Below, in pieces: positions 37,546 to 46,132 of a stretch of DNA of 64,000 nt. The notes beneath the pieces were generated by a model. The model searched no databases. It had not been told where the DNA came from and saw only the letters and a program-made list of their open reading frames with translations. The position numbers and the translations under genes were made by a program. Source of the DNA: a virus (taxonomy: Duplodnaviria; Caudoviricetes). The stretch lies in the IMG/VR virus record IMGVR_UViG_3300031965_000021, positions 3,175-67,174 of that record, one strand, 5' to 3'. How positions within the stretch are numbered: the stretch's first letter is position 1; each line of letters opens with the position of its first letter.

Positions 37546-38552
37546 TGCTCAGGAATTATTTTTTCTAAATCAGCAATCTTTTTGTTCAGAATCTTTATTT
37601 CCTGGACATAGCCCTGTTGACTTTCAATTAATCCCTTTACACTATTATAGCGTTGTTTTGTGGTTTTATACTCAAAAAATGTTTGTTCACTGGAAAAAAT
37701 TAATTTTGAAACAGTAGAAAGCCGCTTTGGATTTATTCTGGAGGATTCTAATCGGCTTTTGTTAGCAAATGTGTGTTTGATTTTATTATATAAAATTTCG
37801 TTTTGGTCTATCTCTAAAAGAAGTTCCTGAGATTTGGTCACGAGTTTTTCAAGGTCAGGAAGGCTTTTCAACTTCTCGACAGACTTCAACAACTCTTGTT
37901 TTCTTTCCCAATTCAGTTTAATGGAATGGATGACTTGATTATTATCACGAACCTGCTGGTCAAGTCCTTCTGCTTGAGTAAGTAGCTCTTGGGCCGTAGG
38001 TAGTTCTTTGTAGTTAACCAAGTCGTCTTGGTATTCTTTGACTAAAGCAGTTTGAATCTTCCTGTTTGACTTAATCTTGTTGACATCTGATTTAGCATTG
38101 GAAATGGTGCTATCTATCTTATCAAGGCCAGCCAGCTTATTAAGTATCCGGCCTCTTTCCCCGGCTGTCTCGAACATCAAGAAGGATCTGTCTATTTGGG
38201 TTTGGCAATTTATTTCCTGCATATTAAAAATGGCTCTTACTTCTTCCGGAACACTGGTACCCGCGTTCATCAAATCTGAATCATTTACTTGATAGAAGTT
38301 GCCGGATTTCTTTTGGTGCCAGGAAACAGATTGGCCTTCCTCGAAAGTTACTTTGACAAGCCCATCCCCTTGCCAATACAGCGGGCGCATTCCGCTTCCC
38401 AGAGGGGAGTTGGTTCGACACTTATTGAAAGCTCTGAAGAAGCCCGATTTACCACGATCTGATTCACCTACAATTATATTAAGGCCGGGATGGAGATTGA
38501 TAATCGTGTTCTTGTGAGATTCATAGTTTTTAATTTCTAATTGAGTTATCAT
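37506..38552 (-). CDS. SbcC/Rad50-like ATPase, N-terminal half ending at zinc hook
   Basis: I.NY.SH start, Walker A GESDRGKS, Q-loop, coiled coil, terminal CPTCG. Confidence 0.85.
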   Translation of the reverse strand: MITQLEIKNYESHKNTIINLHPGLNIIVGESDRGKSGFFRAFNKCRTNSPLGSGMRPLYWQGDGLVKVTFEEGQSVSWHQKKSGNFYQVNDSDLMNAGTSVPEEVRAIFNMQEINCQTQIDRSFLMFETAGERGRILNKLAGLDKIDSTISNAKSDVNKIKSNRKIQTALVKEYQDDLVNYKELPTAQELLTQAEGLDQQVRDNNQVIHSIKLNWERKQELLKSVEKLKSLPDLEKLVTKSQELLLEIDQNEILYNKIKHTFANKSRLESSRINPKRLSTVSKLIFSSEQTFFEYKTTKQRYNSVKGLIESQQGYVQEIKILNKKIADLEKIIPEQCPTCGSIIKMRL

Positions 38553-38839
38553 CGTTTTGCTGCAGCCTCTGCTTTCTTTTTAGAATAAAACCAGTATTTA
38601 GTATTTATATTATATTTCCTTAATGCCTTTTTAAGGTTGCTAACGGAGAGTTTTTCGATTCTTTGACCTCTAGGTGGGCAAGGAGTTTTTTGTGAATGTA
38701 GGAAATACTTTATGACATATTTAGTTCTTTTCTCATCATATAAAAAACTATCATCAATAACATAATAAACTGTTTGACCCTGACGTAATGATTTAAAAGT
38801 CGGATGTTTTCTTTTTGCCATTGTGGTATTCCTTTTCAT
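38549..38839 (-). CDS. hypothetical basic protein
   Basis: ATGA-coupled ORF. Confidence 0.6.
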   Translation of the reverse strand: MKRNTTMAKRKHPTFKSLRQGQTVYYVIDDSFLYDEKRTKYVIKYFLHSQKTPCPPRGQRIEKLSVSNLKKALRKYNINTKYWFYSKKKAEAAAKR

Positions 38840-39048
38840 TCTTTGTCATCTGAAGAAGCAGGGATCATTATTAAACAAATTCCAATAAGGACAAACCACA
38901 ACCAACTTGATATATTGTTGTGCTCAAGATATACACAGCCGGACAGTGCTGCTATTGCAACAATACCTTTAATTAAGGTTTTCATGATCCTGTCCTCCTG
39001 TGATTTATTTACAATATTTATAATCTGCTTTCTTATATTTTGGATCAA
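38836..39048 (-). CDS. small membrane protein
   Basis: Two hydrophobic segments. Confidence 0.55.
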   Translation of the reverse strand: MIQNIRKQIINIVNKSQEDRIMKTLIKGIVAIAALSGCVYLEHNNISSWLWFVLIGICLIMIPASSDDKE

Positions 39049-39364
39049 TTACAATTGGGCCACCAATTCCAAATCTTTTTGCAGTTATTCCGCAAGAAGA
39101 ACATCTCCAAGTGTCAAACATCCTCCCGGCCTTTTTTATTGTCACTAAATTGGTCTTTTCCCAATCATGTTCTTTTCTATTGGTAAAATCTAACACCCTT
39201 ACATGTCCGGATATTTCTCGGCGGCTTTCACCTGGCTTTAATGTTTTATTGAAATTATCCAGTACACTTTGAACATATTTGGTTGGGTTATCTGTAACCG
39301 CTTCAAACATTTCTCTATAAGTTTCGTTTTTATTAACAATCAATATCTTTGCTCTGAATTTCAT
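39005..39364 (-). CDS. hypothetical protein with CxxC
   Basis: ORF in operon; WRCSSCG motif. Confidence 0.65.
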   Translation of the reverse strand: MKFRAKILIVNKNETYREMFEAVTDNPTKYVQSVLDNFNKTLKPGESRREISGHVRVLDFTNRKEHDWEKTNLVTIKKAGRMFDTWRCSSCGITAKRFGIGGPIVIDPKYKKADYKYCK

Positions 39365-39377
39365 AGTTATTTCCTTA

Positions 39378-39884
39378 TTATTTATAAAAAGTAGGTTCTA
39401 TTCCATATTTTTTAAATAAAGCGGCTAATTTTGCCGTCAACAAACAAGTCTTTTTATTATATTCAGGAAACTTTGCTTTGCCCCTATAAACTCTTTTCAG
39501 CTTTAAATACGATGCCTTTTGAAGTCTCAGTCTTTTCGGTCTCTCTGATGGATGGATGTAGGGTAGGTGTTGTTGCTCCAAATAAACTGCACATGATCTG
39601 AGGATTTCCGGCAACTCACTTTGAGAAATCCCATATCTTCCAGCATTGTTTTCGGACTTTGCAATAAAGACGTTGCAAGTCCTGCACAAAACTCCTCGTA
39701 TAAGCCCTGTTCCTTTAATGCGTTTAACATGTGAGTGGTCAAGACAGGCATCTTTTATTTCCCTTTGGCAGATTGGGCATATCCCGTTTTGTTTTTCAAG
39801 AAGTTGATTTCTTAAAATAGAAACTTCGGTGGTTTTTAATTGCTTTGGTTCGTTACTTATTATAGCCGGTTTCGTGCGTTTCAT
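39378..39884 (-). CDS. endonuclease VII-like Holliday junction resolvase
   Basis: QNGICPIC..LDHSH...IRGVLCRTCN. Confidence 0.85.
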   Translation of the reverse strand: MKRTKPAIISNEPKQLKTTEVSILRNQLLEKQNGICPICQREIKDACLDHSHVKRIKGTGLIRGVLCRTCNVFIAKSENNAGRYGISQSELPEILRSCAVYLEQQHLPYIHPSERPKRLRLQKASYLKLKRVYRGKAKFPEYNKKTCLLTAKLAALFKKYGIEPTFYK

Positions 39885-39890
39885 TAAGTT

Positions 39891-40463
39891 TTATTTATGA
39901 TAACCAAATTTAAATTCAGGCCATGCATTTTTAATAGCCTTAACCAATTCGGAACGGTAGTTACAAGTCCATTGAGAACACTGCATTTCAAAGGTAAATC
40001 TGGCAAGGGCAGCTTCAAGAGGATCATTATACAAACCTAATTTAATAAGTTTGTAGTTAACCTTTATTTGACTTTGCCACATTTTTGTTCTTTTATCTAA
40101 TGTTACCCCAGGAAAACCAGATGTATTATTTTTAGATATTTTTTGATTTTGTAAATTACAAGATTTTGTAACGTGTTGGATTTTTAACCACCTGTTATCA
40201 TCTCTAATACCAAATTTATGATCGATTTCATGTTCTGGCCAATATCCTTTCATATATAGGTGAGCAAGACGATGAGCACTATAATTTTTTCCATTAATTC
40301 CAATTCGAATATATCCATCAGAACAAAGACAGCCAGCAATTGATCCAATCAATATCCTGTTACTGTTTTTTATTAACCAAGTAAATATCCCTGTTTTAGG
40401 ATTATAGTGAAGTTTTCTTTTTAGCTCTTTTTGTGTTAATTCAACTTTCATCAAAAACCTCAA
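39891..40463 (-). CDS. HNH-AP2 homing endonuclease
   Basis: L.Y.P.TG.FT, AHRLA, IDH..G.RDDNR, NTSGFPGV motifs. Confidence 0.85.
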   Translation of the reverse strand: MRFLMKVELTQKELKRKLHYNPKTGIFTWLIKNSNRILIGSIAGCLCSDGYIRIGINGKNYSAHRLAHLYMKGYWPEHEIDHKFGIRDDNRWLKIQHVTKSCNLQNQKISKNNTSGFPGVTLDKRTKMWQSQIKVNYKLIKLGLYNDPLEAALARFTFEMQCSQWTCNYRSELVKAIKNAWPEFKFGYHK

Positions 40464-40466
40464 GTT

Positions 40467-40706
40467 TTAATATAGCTTTGCCCAATGTGTTGCAAAGTAT
40501 TTCGTACATTCAAATTTGTGCGGCTCGTAGTCCTTATAAAACTCCGTACTCAGCCGCTTTTGAAGAGCAAGAAAGTCAGGAATAGTACTGATTGAATATT
40601 GACCGTTTTCCATCTTTAATAACACTTGCCCTTCCTGATAAGGTGGAAGGCGTGTTGAGACAGGAATCAGCAAAGACTCAAACATTGCTTGCTTTGACTT
40701 TTTCAT
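40467..40706 (-). CDS. hypothetical protein, 79 aa
   Basis: ORF in operon. Confidence 0.55.
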   Translation of the reverse strand: MKKSKQAMFESLLIPVSTRLPPYQEGQVLLKMENGQYSISTIPDFLALQKRLSTEFYKDYEPHKFECTKYFATHWAKLY

Positions 40707-40709
40707 ACT

Positions 40710-40856
40710 TTAACTTACCCACTTGGAGTAGATTTTCAGATATACCTGCTTTTTCTTATTGCAGTAGCGGCATCTTCGATAAGCCCTGCCTTTAAATCCG
40801 CTGTAGTCATATTTGTGGATACCGAAAAAGCAGAGTATATTATTTATTATTGTCAT
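40710..40856 (-). CDS. small Cys/His protein, 48 aa (not in ORF track)
   Basis: MTIINNILCFFGIHKY...RRCRYCNK.. Confidence 0.5.
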   Translation of the reverse strand: MTIINNILCFFGIHKYDYSGFKGRAYRRCRYCNKKKQVYLKIYSKWVS

Positions 40857-40889
40857 GGCTTTTTGTTTTTGGAAGGTTGTCAGTTAGTA

Positions 40890-41033
40890 TCAATCATCTT
40901 CTGATTCTTCACCTAAACCGAGTGTCAGAACCAACCCTTTGCCTTGAGCAAGTTCTTCTAAATCAGTAAGAAACTGTTCATACTCATCTTCAGGAATCCC
41001 ATATATTTTTACATTAACATCCCATTTTTTCAT
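40890..41033 (-). CDS. small acidic protein, 47 aa (not in ORF track)
   Basis: MKKWDVNVKIYGIPEDEYEQF..; AAGGA RBS. Confidence 0.55.
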   Translation of the reverse strand: MKKWDVNVKIYGIPEDEYEQFLTDLEELAQGKGLVLTLGLGEESEDD

Positions 41034-41046
41034 CTTCTTTCCTTAA

Positions 41047-42192
41047 TTAATACCTCGCCTTTCGACCAAGTTGCAATTTGTCTTCTCTTTTATTCCATTC
41101 AGCCTGAACTATCCGCTTCAATTTTTGCTCCAGCCCCATATCTTCAATAGCCCTAATCAACTTATCCTTTCCATTTTCTCTCAAACCTAAATCATCAGCA
41201 TCTATCCATGACCCAGATTTCCAGTGCTTCTGTTCCAACAGAAAACTGACCATCGAACCAATATCATCAACACCCATGTCATAATAAATGTCAAACTCTA
41301 TATCCCTCAATTTTCCGGTTACAGAGTTTTTGTCCATAGAGCATCTAGTGCTCACCCCTGTCTTACAACCTAAATCTTTTATTGAACCTATCTTTGATAA
41401 ATAAGGCCGGACGTGAGAATAAAAATAAGGAGCCTCACCACCAGAAGTAACCCACTTAGCTTGGCCAAACATTGGATTCATTCTCTGCCTTAATTGCTGA
41501 GTCAAAATAAAAACAGAATTGGTATTGGCCACCAGATCATTTATCATCCTTAGAATCTGGCCTGTTATTTTGGCTTTTTCAGCATTAAACGATCCTGCTA
41601 TCTTATTCGCTGCCTCCGGGCTTTTTGCTGCGGCTAGTGCTCTCTTAAGCTCCTTATCTAATTCTTCATCAGAGCTAAAGGAATCAAGCGAATCAGCGAT
41701 ATAAATAAAAGGCTTTCCTTCTTTCTTCAGCATCAACATTCTATTTCTTAAATCTTGAATAGTTGTTGAGATTCCTGATTCATCTAAATGATTTTGTAAA
41801 TCTTTATAAAGTAATCCGGATGGGGTCATCAATCGATCAGTAAGGGGTGGAAAGAGTTTATTGAAGTGAAAGTCACAGCGCCTTTCTACATCATCGTAAA
41901 ATAAATTGTATTCGTTAAATCTTGAATCAAGACAAGCCTCACAAAAGGTACTCAGGACCAGAACTGTTTTACCAGCAGAAGATTGTCCAGGTAAGGTTGA
42001 GATTCTGCCTAAAGGCCACCCGCCATTAACACTGTCGGACATAGCAAGATTTAGCATTGTCGACCCAGTAGAAAGAAAGGAGTTGGTTTTCTTTTCCCTT
42101 TCAACTCTCCTAATTCTTCTTTTCATTTGCTCATCAAGAGGTGTATCTTTTTTAGTGGCTTCTGGGGCTTTCGTTCTTCGTGATCGTTCCAT
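41047..42192 (-). CDS. RecA/UvsX-like recombinase
   Basis: LSTGS..LN.A..GG.P.GRI, Walker A GQSSAGKT, DSLD, SGG..PYFYS. Confidence 0.9.
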   Translation of the reverse strand: MERSRRTKAPEATKKDTPLDEQMKRRIRRVEREKKTNSFLSTGSTMLNLAMSDSVNGGWPLGRISTLPGQSSAGKTVLVLSTFCEACLDSRFNEYNLFYDDVERRCDFHFNKLFPPLTDRLMTPSGLLYKDLQNHLDESGISTTIQDLRNRMLMLKKEGKPFIYIADSLDSFSSDEELDKELKRALAAAKSPEAANKIAGSFNAEKAKITGQILRMINDLVANTNSVFILTQQLRQRMNPMFGQAKWVTSGGEAPYFYSHVRPYLSKIGSIKDLGCKTGVSTRCSMDKNSVTGKLRDIEFDIYYDMGVDDIGSMVSFLLEQKHWKSGSWIDADDLGLRENGKDKLIRAIEDMGLEQKLKRIVQAEWNKREDKLQLGRKARY

Positions 42193-42202
42193 GAGTAACC
42201 TT

Positions 42203-42415
42203 TTAATTTGTTTCGTTCGTTATTTTTCCACTGTGGATATATTTCATATATTTCTCCGGCAGGATGTACCACTTCCCGCCTTTACCACCAAGTTGGAAGC
42301 CAAGTTTATACTCTTGACACCACTTGATAAGCGTTGGCAGGCTCACCTCTATCCCTACAACTGCCGCCTTTTCAATGGCTTTAGTTGTACTCCAATATTC
42401 TTTTTTCTTTGGCAT
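42203..42415 (-). CDS. small helix-turn-helix DNA-binding protein
   Basis: VSLPTLIKWC..G.Q.GG..GKWYI pattern. Confidence 0.55.
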   Translation of the reverse strand: MPKKKEYWSTTKAIEKAAVVGIEVSLPTLIKWCQEYKLGFQLGGKGGKWYILPEKYMKYIHSGKITNETN

Positions 42416-42994
42416 TTATCTATTCCTTCTTTTTCCAAATTTAAACTGTGGCCAGGCTCTTTTTATAGCTTTAGCCAATTCACTTCTGTAGTTACAAGTC
42501 CACTGTGGACACCAAACCTCTGCTGTAAATCTAGCGAGCGCTGCTTCAAGTAAACTATCATAATATCCAAGGAATAAAAGTTTACCATCAACCCTTATTT
42601 GACTAAGCCACTTTTTCTTTTCCTCACCCCAAGTCACCCCTGGAAAACCAGAAGTGTTAGAACTATATACTTTCATATTTTGCAAATTACATACTCTTGT
42701 GACATGCCTAAGATTTACCCACCTATTATCATCACGTATGCCATTTTTATGATCAATCTGATATTCCGGCCAATATCCTTCCATATAGAGTCAAGCAAGA
42801 CGATGGGCTCTATACCCTTCATTATTAACTGTAATAATAACATATCCATAAGGATTAGCACGCCCAGCAATTTCACCTACTTTTACACTATTGCAATTAC
42901 TAATTAATCTGGTAAATATCCCTGTGTCTGGATCATAATGGAGTTGCCTTTTTAGTTCGCTCTGGGTTAGGTTGTTTTTCTTTTTATACATAGC
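42416..42994 (-). pseudogene. HNH-AP2 endonuclease interrupted by in-frame TGA (42791-42793)
   Basis: Reads AHRLA*LYMEGYWP; paralogues read AHRLAHLYM / AHRLACLYT. Confidence 0.8.
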
Positions 42995-43078
42995 TTTTTC
43001 TTTAATTTGGGGGTAGGGCAAAATATCTACCCCCAAATTTTTATTATTTATAATTAATACTCTGTAACCTTTTATTTC

Positions 43079-44197
43079 TTACCGCTTTTTCCCTTTAGCT
43101 TCCAATGCTTCTTGTTCATCCTTACACGTCTCCCATATCTCACAGTCGTCACAAACTTCATCAGTATCGCAATCAGTACCAAACATTAAACCGTGAGGGC
43201 AACCGTTATCATCCGGGCCTTGCTCGTCTTCTTCCGGCTCAGGCTCAGGTTTTCTTCTTGACCGTTTTGGTTTTTCTTCAGGTTCAGGCTCATCGTCTTT
43301 CTCTTCAGCCTTTGTTCTTCTGGTTCGTTCTCTGCCTTTTGGCTTTTCTTCCGGCTCATCTTCTTCTTTCTTTCTGGATGATCTGGAAGGCCGACGAGTT
43401 TCTTCTTCCTCCGGCTCATCATCTTCAGCACCGATAAAGCCATGAAACTTCTTATACAACTCATCATAGGTAAGGATGCGCAGGCAGGCATCAAAATCTA
43501 CTGCCTCATCAATCAACTCATCCGGTAAATCATCACGCTCTTCAAAGTCGATTCGGGCAATCTCGGGAAACTTATTACCGGCAAAAGAACCTTGATCAAA
43601 ACGGGCGATAATGGAAAGACCATCCTGGACATCCGCATAGAACTTTCCGTCAAAATTCCGTTCACTCTGGACCACTTCTTCATCATCCAGCATAAAACCG
43701 AACATGTGAGGAGACATTTCAAAGATTTGGATACCTTTATCTTCATCGTCGTGATCCAGGATATTAAAGAGCTGCCGTTGCTTTGGCTTTAATTGATCAG
43801 CCAAGTCAGGATCGTTACCGCTTTTAATCAATGCAGCCCTGTACTCGCAGATAGGGCAACGTTTTTCTGTACTCTGAGCGGTAGAGGCCAGACAAATAAA
43901 ACTCTTTCTGTCTTGCCCTTCTCCTACAGTATGCCGCCAGTAAGTACATTCGTGCCACAACTCACCGGGAGTTTGAAAAGGGTGATTGTCGATACTTACT
44001 TCATAAGGAATAATTGAGAAGAAGTTTTCACCCTTAACCCCTTTACCCATCTTCGGTTTGAAAAACTCAATCTTGTCCGGTAGGTCTTTTAGAGTATCTA
44101 ACCCGCCACTTGACCTTTCTTTGCTTTCTGCAGCCTGCCGGGCTTTATCCCGAATAGATGCTCTTTGCTTTCCTGCTACTTTCCCACGTCTTGCCAT
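43079..44197 (-). CDS. single-stranded DNA-binding protein (T4 gp32-like), probable start MARR at 44197
   Basis: H..G...F.C....CPIC zinc motif; long acidic C-terminus; GGAG RBS. Confidence 0.75.
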   Translation of the reverse strand: MARRGKVAGKQRASIRDKARQAAESKERSSGGLDTLKDLPDKIEFFKPKMGKGVKGENFFSIIPYEVSIDNHPFQTPGELWHECTYWRHTVGEGQDRKSFICLASTAQSTEKRCPICEYRAALIKSGNDPDLADQLKPKQRQLFNILDHDDEDKGIQIFEMSPHMFGFMLDDEEVVQSERNFDGKFYADVQDGLSIIARFDQGSFAGNKFPEIARIDFEERDDLPDELIDEAVDFDACLRILTYDELYKKFHGFIGAEDDEPEEEETRRPSRSSRKKEEDEPEEKPKGRERTRRTKAEEKDDEPEPEEKPKRSRRKPEPEPEEDEQGPDDNGCPHGLMFGTDCDTDEVCDDCEIWETCKDEQEALEAKGKKR

Positions 44198-44232
44198 GTT
44201 GTTTTCTCCATGTTGAATTAGAATTTTAATAC

Positions 44233-44397
44233 TGCAAGAGGCAGGATTCGAACCCGCAATTATCATATGCTAATTATAGAGGGTTTTCATTACTCGGCGC
44301 CAGTCAAGCTACCCGTACAACAGCGGCCATCTCTGCCCTCCGGACTCCTGTTCATTACTAACCGATCTATAGCGTCTACCAATTCCGCCACTCTTGC
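44233..44397 (-). ncRNA. tRNA-like RNA A: Leu-type body with 85-nt insert replacing anticodon loop (165 nt)
   Basis: Acceptor GCAAGAG/CTCTTGC+A73; D arm GCG-GAATTGGTAGA-CGC; stem ATAGA/TCTAT; long variable hairpin; T arm GCGGG-TTCGAAT-CCTGC. Confidence 0.75.
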
Positions 44398-44412
44398 ATT
44401 GTACTTTCACCC

Positions 44413-44445
44413 AAAAAGCCCGAATGGAATTAACCATATCGGGCT
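44413..44445 (-). terminator. intrinsic terminator
   Basis: AGCCCGA/TCGGGCT stem followed by TTTTT on the minus strand. Confidence 0.65.
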
Positions 44446-44543
44446 ATCCCTTTCTCGGCATATACGTCGTTTCGGGATTAAACAAACACATTGTTTAAAA
44501 TGTCTTTTTAGTGGCTATTGCCTATATCGATGTTTTCGAATCT

Positions 44544-45029
44544 CTATTTCCTTCTTCGCCTCCTTACGAGTTTTCCACTGGCCTTTTCACGGGCCAGAAC
44601 GGTTTGTTCCTCCCTCTTCTTACTGGATTCACCAGCAAGATCCCGTGGCTCAGATGGCCTGGCAAAGTAATCGGCCATGGCAAGTCTGGTCAGGTTCTCA
44701 ATCATATCTTTTCTTTGGCGCATTGCAAAACAGGCAGCAGAAGCTATATTTTGTTCATATTCTGCTTTAATCAATTCCTCCTTGGCTTCGATATGTTTGG
44801 GGTGGTTTCGATAATACGCTTCAACAGCTTGAGCATTTTTTAATGTTTTATCTTCTGCTGCCTGCAATATAAGTTCTGACCGGATTACCTTTATTTTCTC
44901 CCAGGCCAGTTGGTATTTGTTTTTTGCTTCCGCTTCCGCTTTTGAATACTGGTAAAACAGAGATGCTTGCCTGAGTGATTCTACATCAAGCGCCGATGGG
45001 TCAATTTCAATGTCTTCTTCGTAATTCAT
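44544..45029 (-). CDS. UvsY-like recombination mediator
   Basis: Helical protein with ID...LD.E..RQ..LFY.YS pattern; next to SSB and RecA. Confidence 0.55.
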   Translation of the reverse strand: MNYEEDIEIDPSALDVESLRQASLFYQYSKAEAEAKNKYQLAWEKIKVIRSELILQAAEDKTLKNAQAVEAYYRNHPKHIEAKEELIKAEYEQNIASAACFAMRQRKDMIENLTRLAMADYFARPSEPRDLAGESSKKREEQTVLAREKASGKLVRRRRRK

Positions 45030-45032
45030 AAT

Positions 45033-45371
45033 TTATTCTCCGTCTAATTTTGCAGCCTTAAACCTTCTTATTAACTCATGAATGTGTACTCGTAAAACTG
45101 ACTCGGTATAACTTGAAGGAATTTGGAAACCATAATATTCAGAATTACCTTCTTGAGCAAGAGAGGTTTCAATAATATACAGAAGAACATCATCATTAAA
45201 CAGAGGTTCTAAAATCCTCCGGTCATATGAGTTCATCCTCATTTCTTTATATTCTTCAAGGGTAATCGGAGAACCATCTAAATAAACTCTGATCATCGTT
45301 TTCTCTTGAACATGGAGATAGAAATTTTTCTCACGTTCTTTCGACCGTTCTTTTAGGAATTTAAATGTCAT
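45033..45371 (-). CDS. hypothetical protein, 112 aa
   Basis: ATGA-coupled ORF. Confidence 0.65.
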   Translation of the reverse strand: MTFKFLKERSKEREKNFYLHVQEKTMIRVYLDGSPITLEEYKEMRMNSYDRRILEPLFNDDVLLYIIETSLAQEGNSEYYGFQIPSSYTESVLRVHIHELIRRFKAAKLDGE

Positions 45372-45631
45372 TTCGTTCTCCTTCTTCTAAATCTAAATTC
45401 TGGCCACTCTGCTTTGATTGCCTTGGCCAGCTCCGAGTTATAATCACATTTCCACCGAGAACACCACACCTCAAAAGTGAATCTGGCCAAAGCAGCCTCA
45501 AGAGAAGTTTTGTAATACCCCAAATGAATTTTCTTACCGTTTACTTTTATATGAGCATTCCACTTTTGATGAAATCCGTTATATGTAACGCCAGGGAAGC
45601 CAGAAGTATTGCGACTATTAATTTTCGGCAT
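45368..45631 (-). CDS. stand-alone AP2-like domain (truncated HNH-AP2 paralogue)
   Basis: NTSGFPGV..EAALARFTFE..SELAKAIKAEWPEF with no HNH domain. Confidence 0.7.
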   Translation of the reverse strand: MPKINSRNTSGFPGVTYNGFHQKWNAHIKVNGKKIHLGYYKTSLEAALARFTFEVWCSRWKCDYNSELAKAIKAEWPEFRFRRRRTK

Positions 45632-46013
45632 GTTCTTTACCCAATCTTCGATAAATATCTTTCATCTTTTCAAATAAAGATATCCTGTCATTTTTATCCT
45701 TAATAAGGTCAACAGGCAGATTCAAAAAGGCTTCTGTGGTTTTTACCCACACAATAAATTCAGTTTTTTCATTAGGAACAATTAAATCATAAATTACACC
45801 TTTATAATCTATGTAATAATTACAAAAAAGATGATCATCTGAATAACCATCATTATAATTTATGCCACATCCCACAAGATCAGCAAAATGCTCATTCCAA
45901 ACATCTGGGGAAATAATATAGTCACGATCAGATTTTGATGATGTTGAAACTCCAAAAACAGAAGAGCCAGTCGGGACACCAAGTCGACGAATCTTTTTAA
46001 TTATATCTATCAT
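45618..46013 (-). CDS. hypothetical protein, possible nucleotidyltransferase-like fold
   Basis: TGSSVFG....SDRDY resembles the GS..G..D.D motif. Confidence 0.45.
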   Translation of the reverse strand: MIDIIKKIRRLGVPTGSSVFGVSTSSKSDRDYIISPDVWNEHFADLVGCGINYNDGYSDDHLFCNYYIDYKGVIYDLIVPNEKTEFIVWVKTTEAFLNLPVDLIKDKNDRISLFEKMKDIYRRLGKEHAEN

Positions 46014-46045
46014 TCTCTAACCCCAAAGTCTTATGGCTTAATCAT

Positions 46046-46120
46046 TGGTGGGCGCGGAAGGAATCGAACCTTCGACTAGTCGGTTATGAGCCGACTGCTC
46101 TACCGCTGAACTACACGCCC
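46046..46120 (-). tRNA. tRNA with CAT anticodon (Ile2-like; Met possible), CCA encoded
   Basis: GGGCGTG..AGTCGG-CTCATAA-CCGACT..GGTTCGATTCC..CGCGCCC-A-CCA cloverleaf, 75 nt. Confidence 0.95.
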
Positions 46121-46132
46121 TTAATTTTAAAT

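Noticed and set aside
42791-42793. TGA-to-Trp recoding suggested by the in-frame TGA in the HNH gene
   Set aside because: Many genes end in TGA within ATGA overlaps (20871, 30272, 31859, 62027), the other conserved genes are uninterrupted and no suppressor tRNA is seen; a nonsense mutation is simpler
44281-44365. Group I/II or archaeal BHB intron explanation for the inserts in RNAs A and B
   Set aside because: The inserts (85 and 63 nt) are far too short for self-splicing introns, and I could not restore a canonical U33-anticodon-R37 loop or see a BHB motif; a novel intron is not excluded
44198-44843. ORF-track entries overlapping RNA A (N-terminal extension of 43079-44266; ORFs 44267-44770 + and 44511-44843 -)
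   Set aside because: The SSB has a good RBS at ATG 44197; the others are shadow frames over a structured RNA, a terminator and the UvsY-like gene
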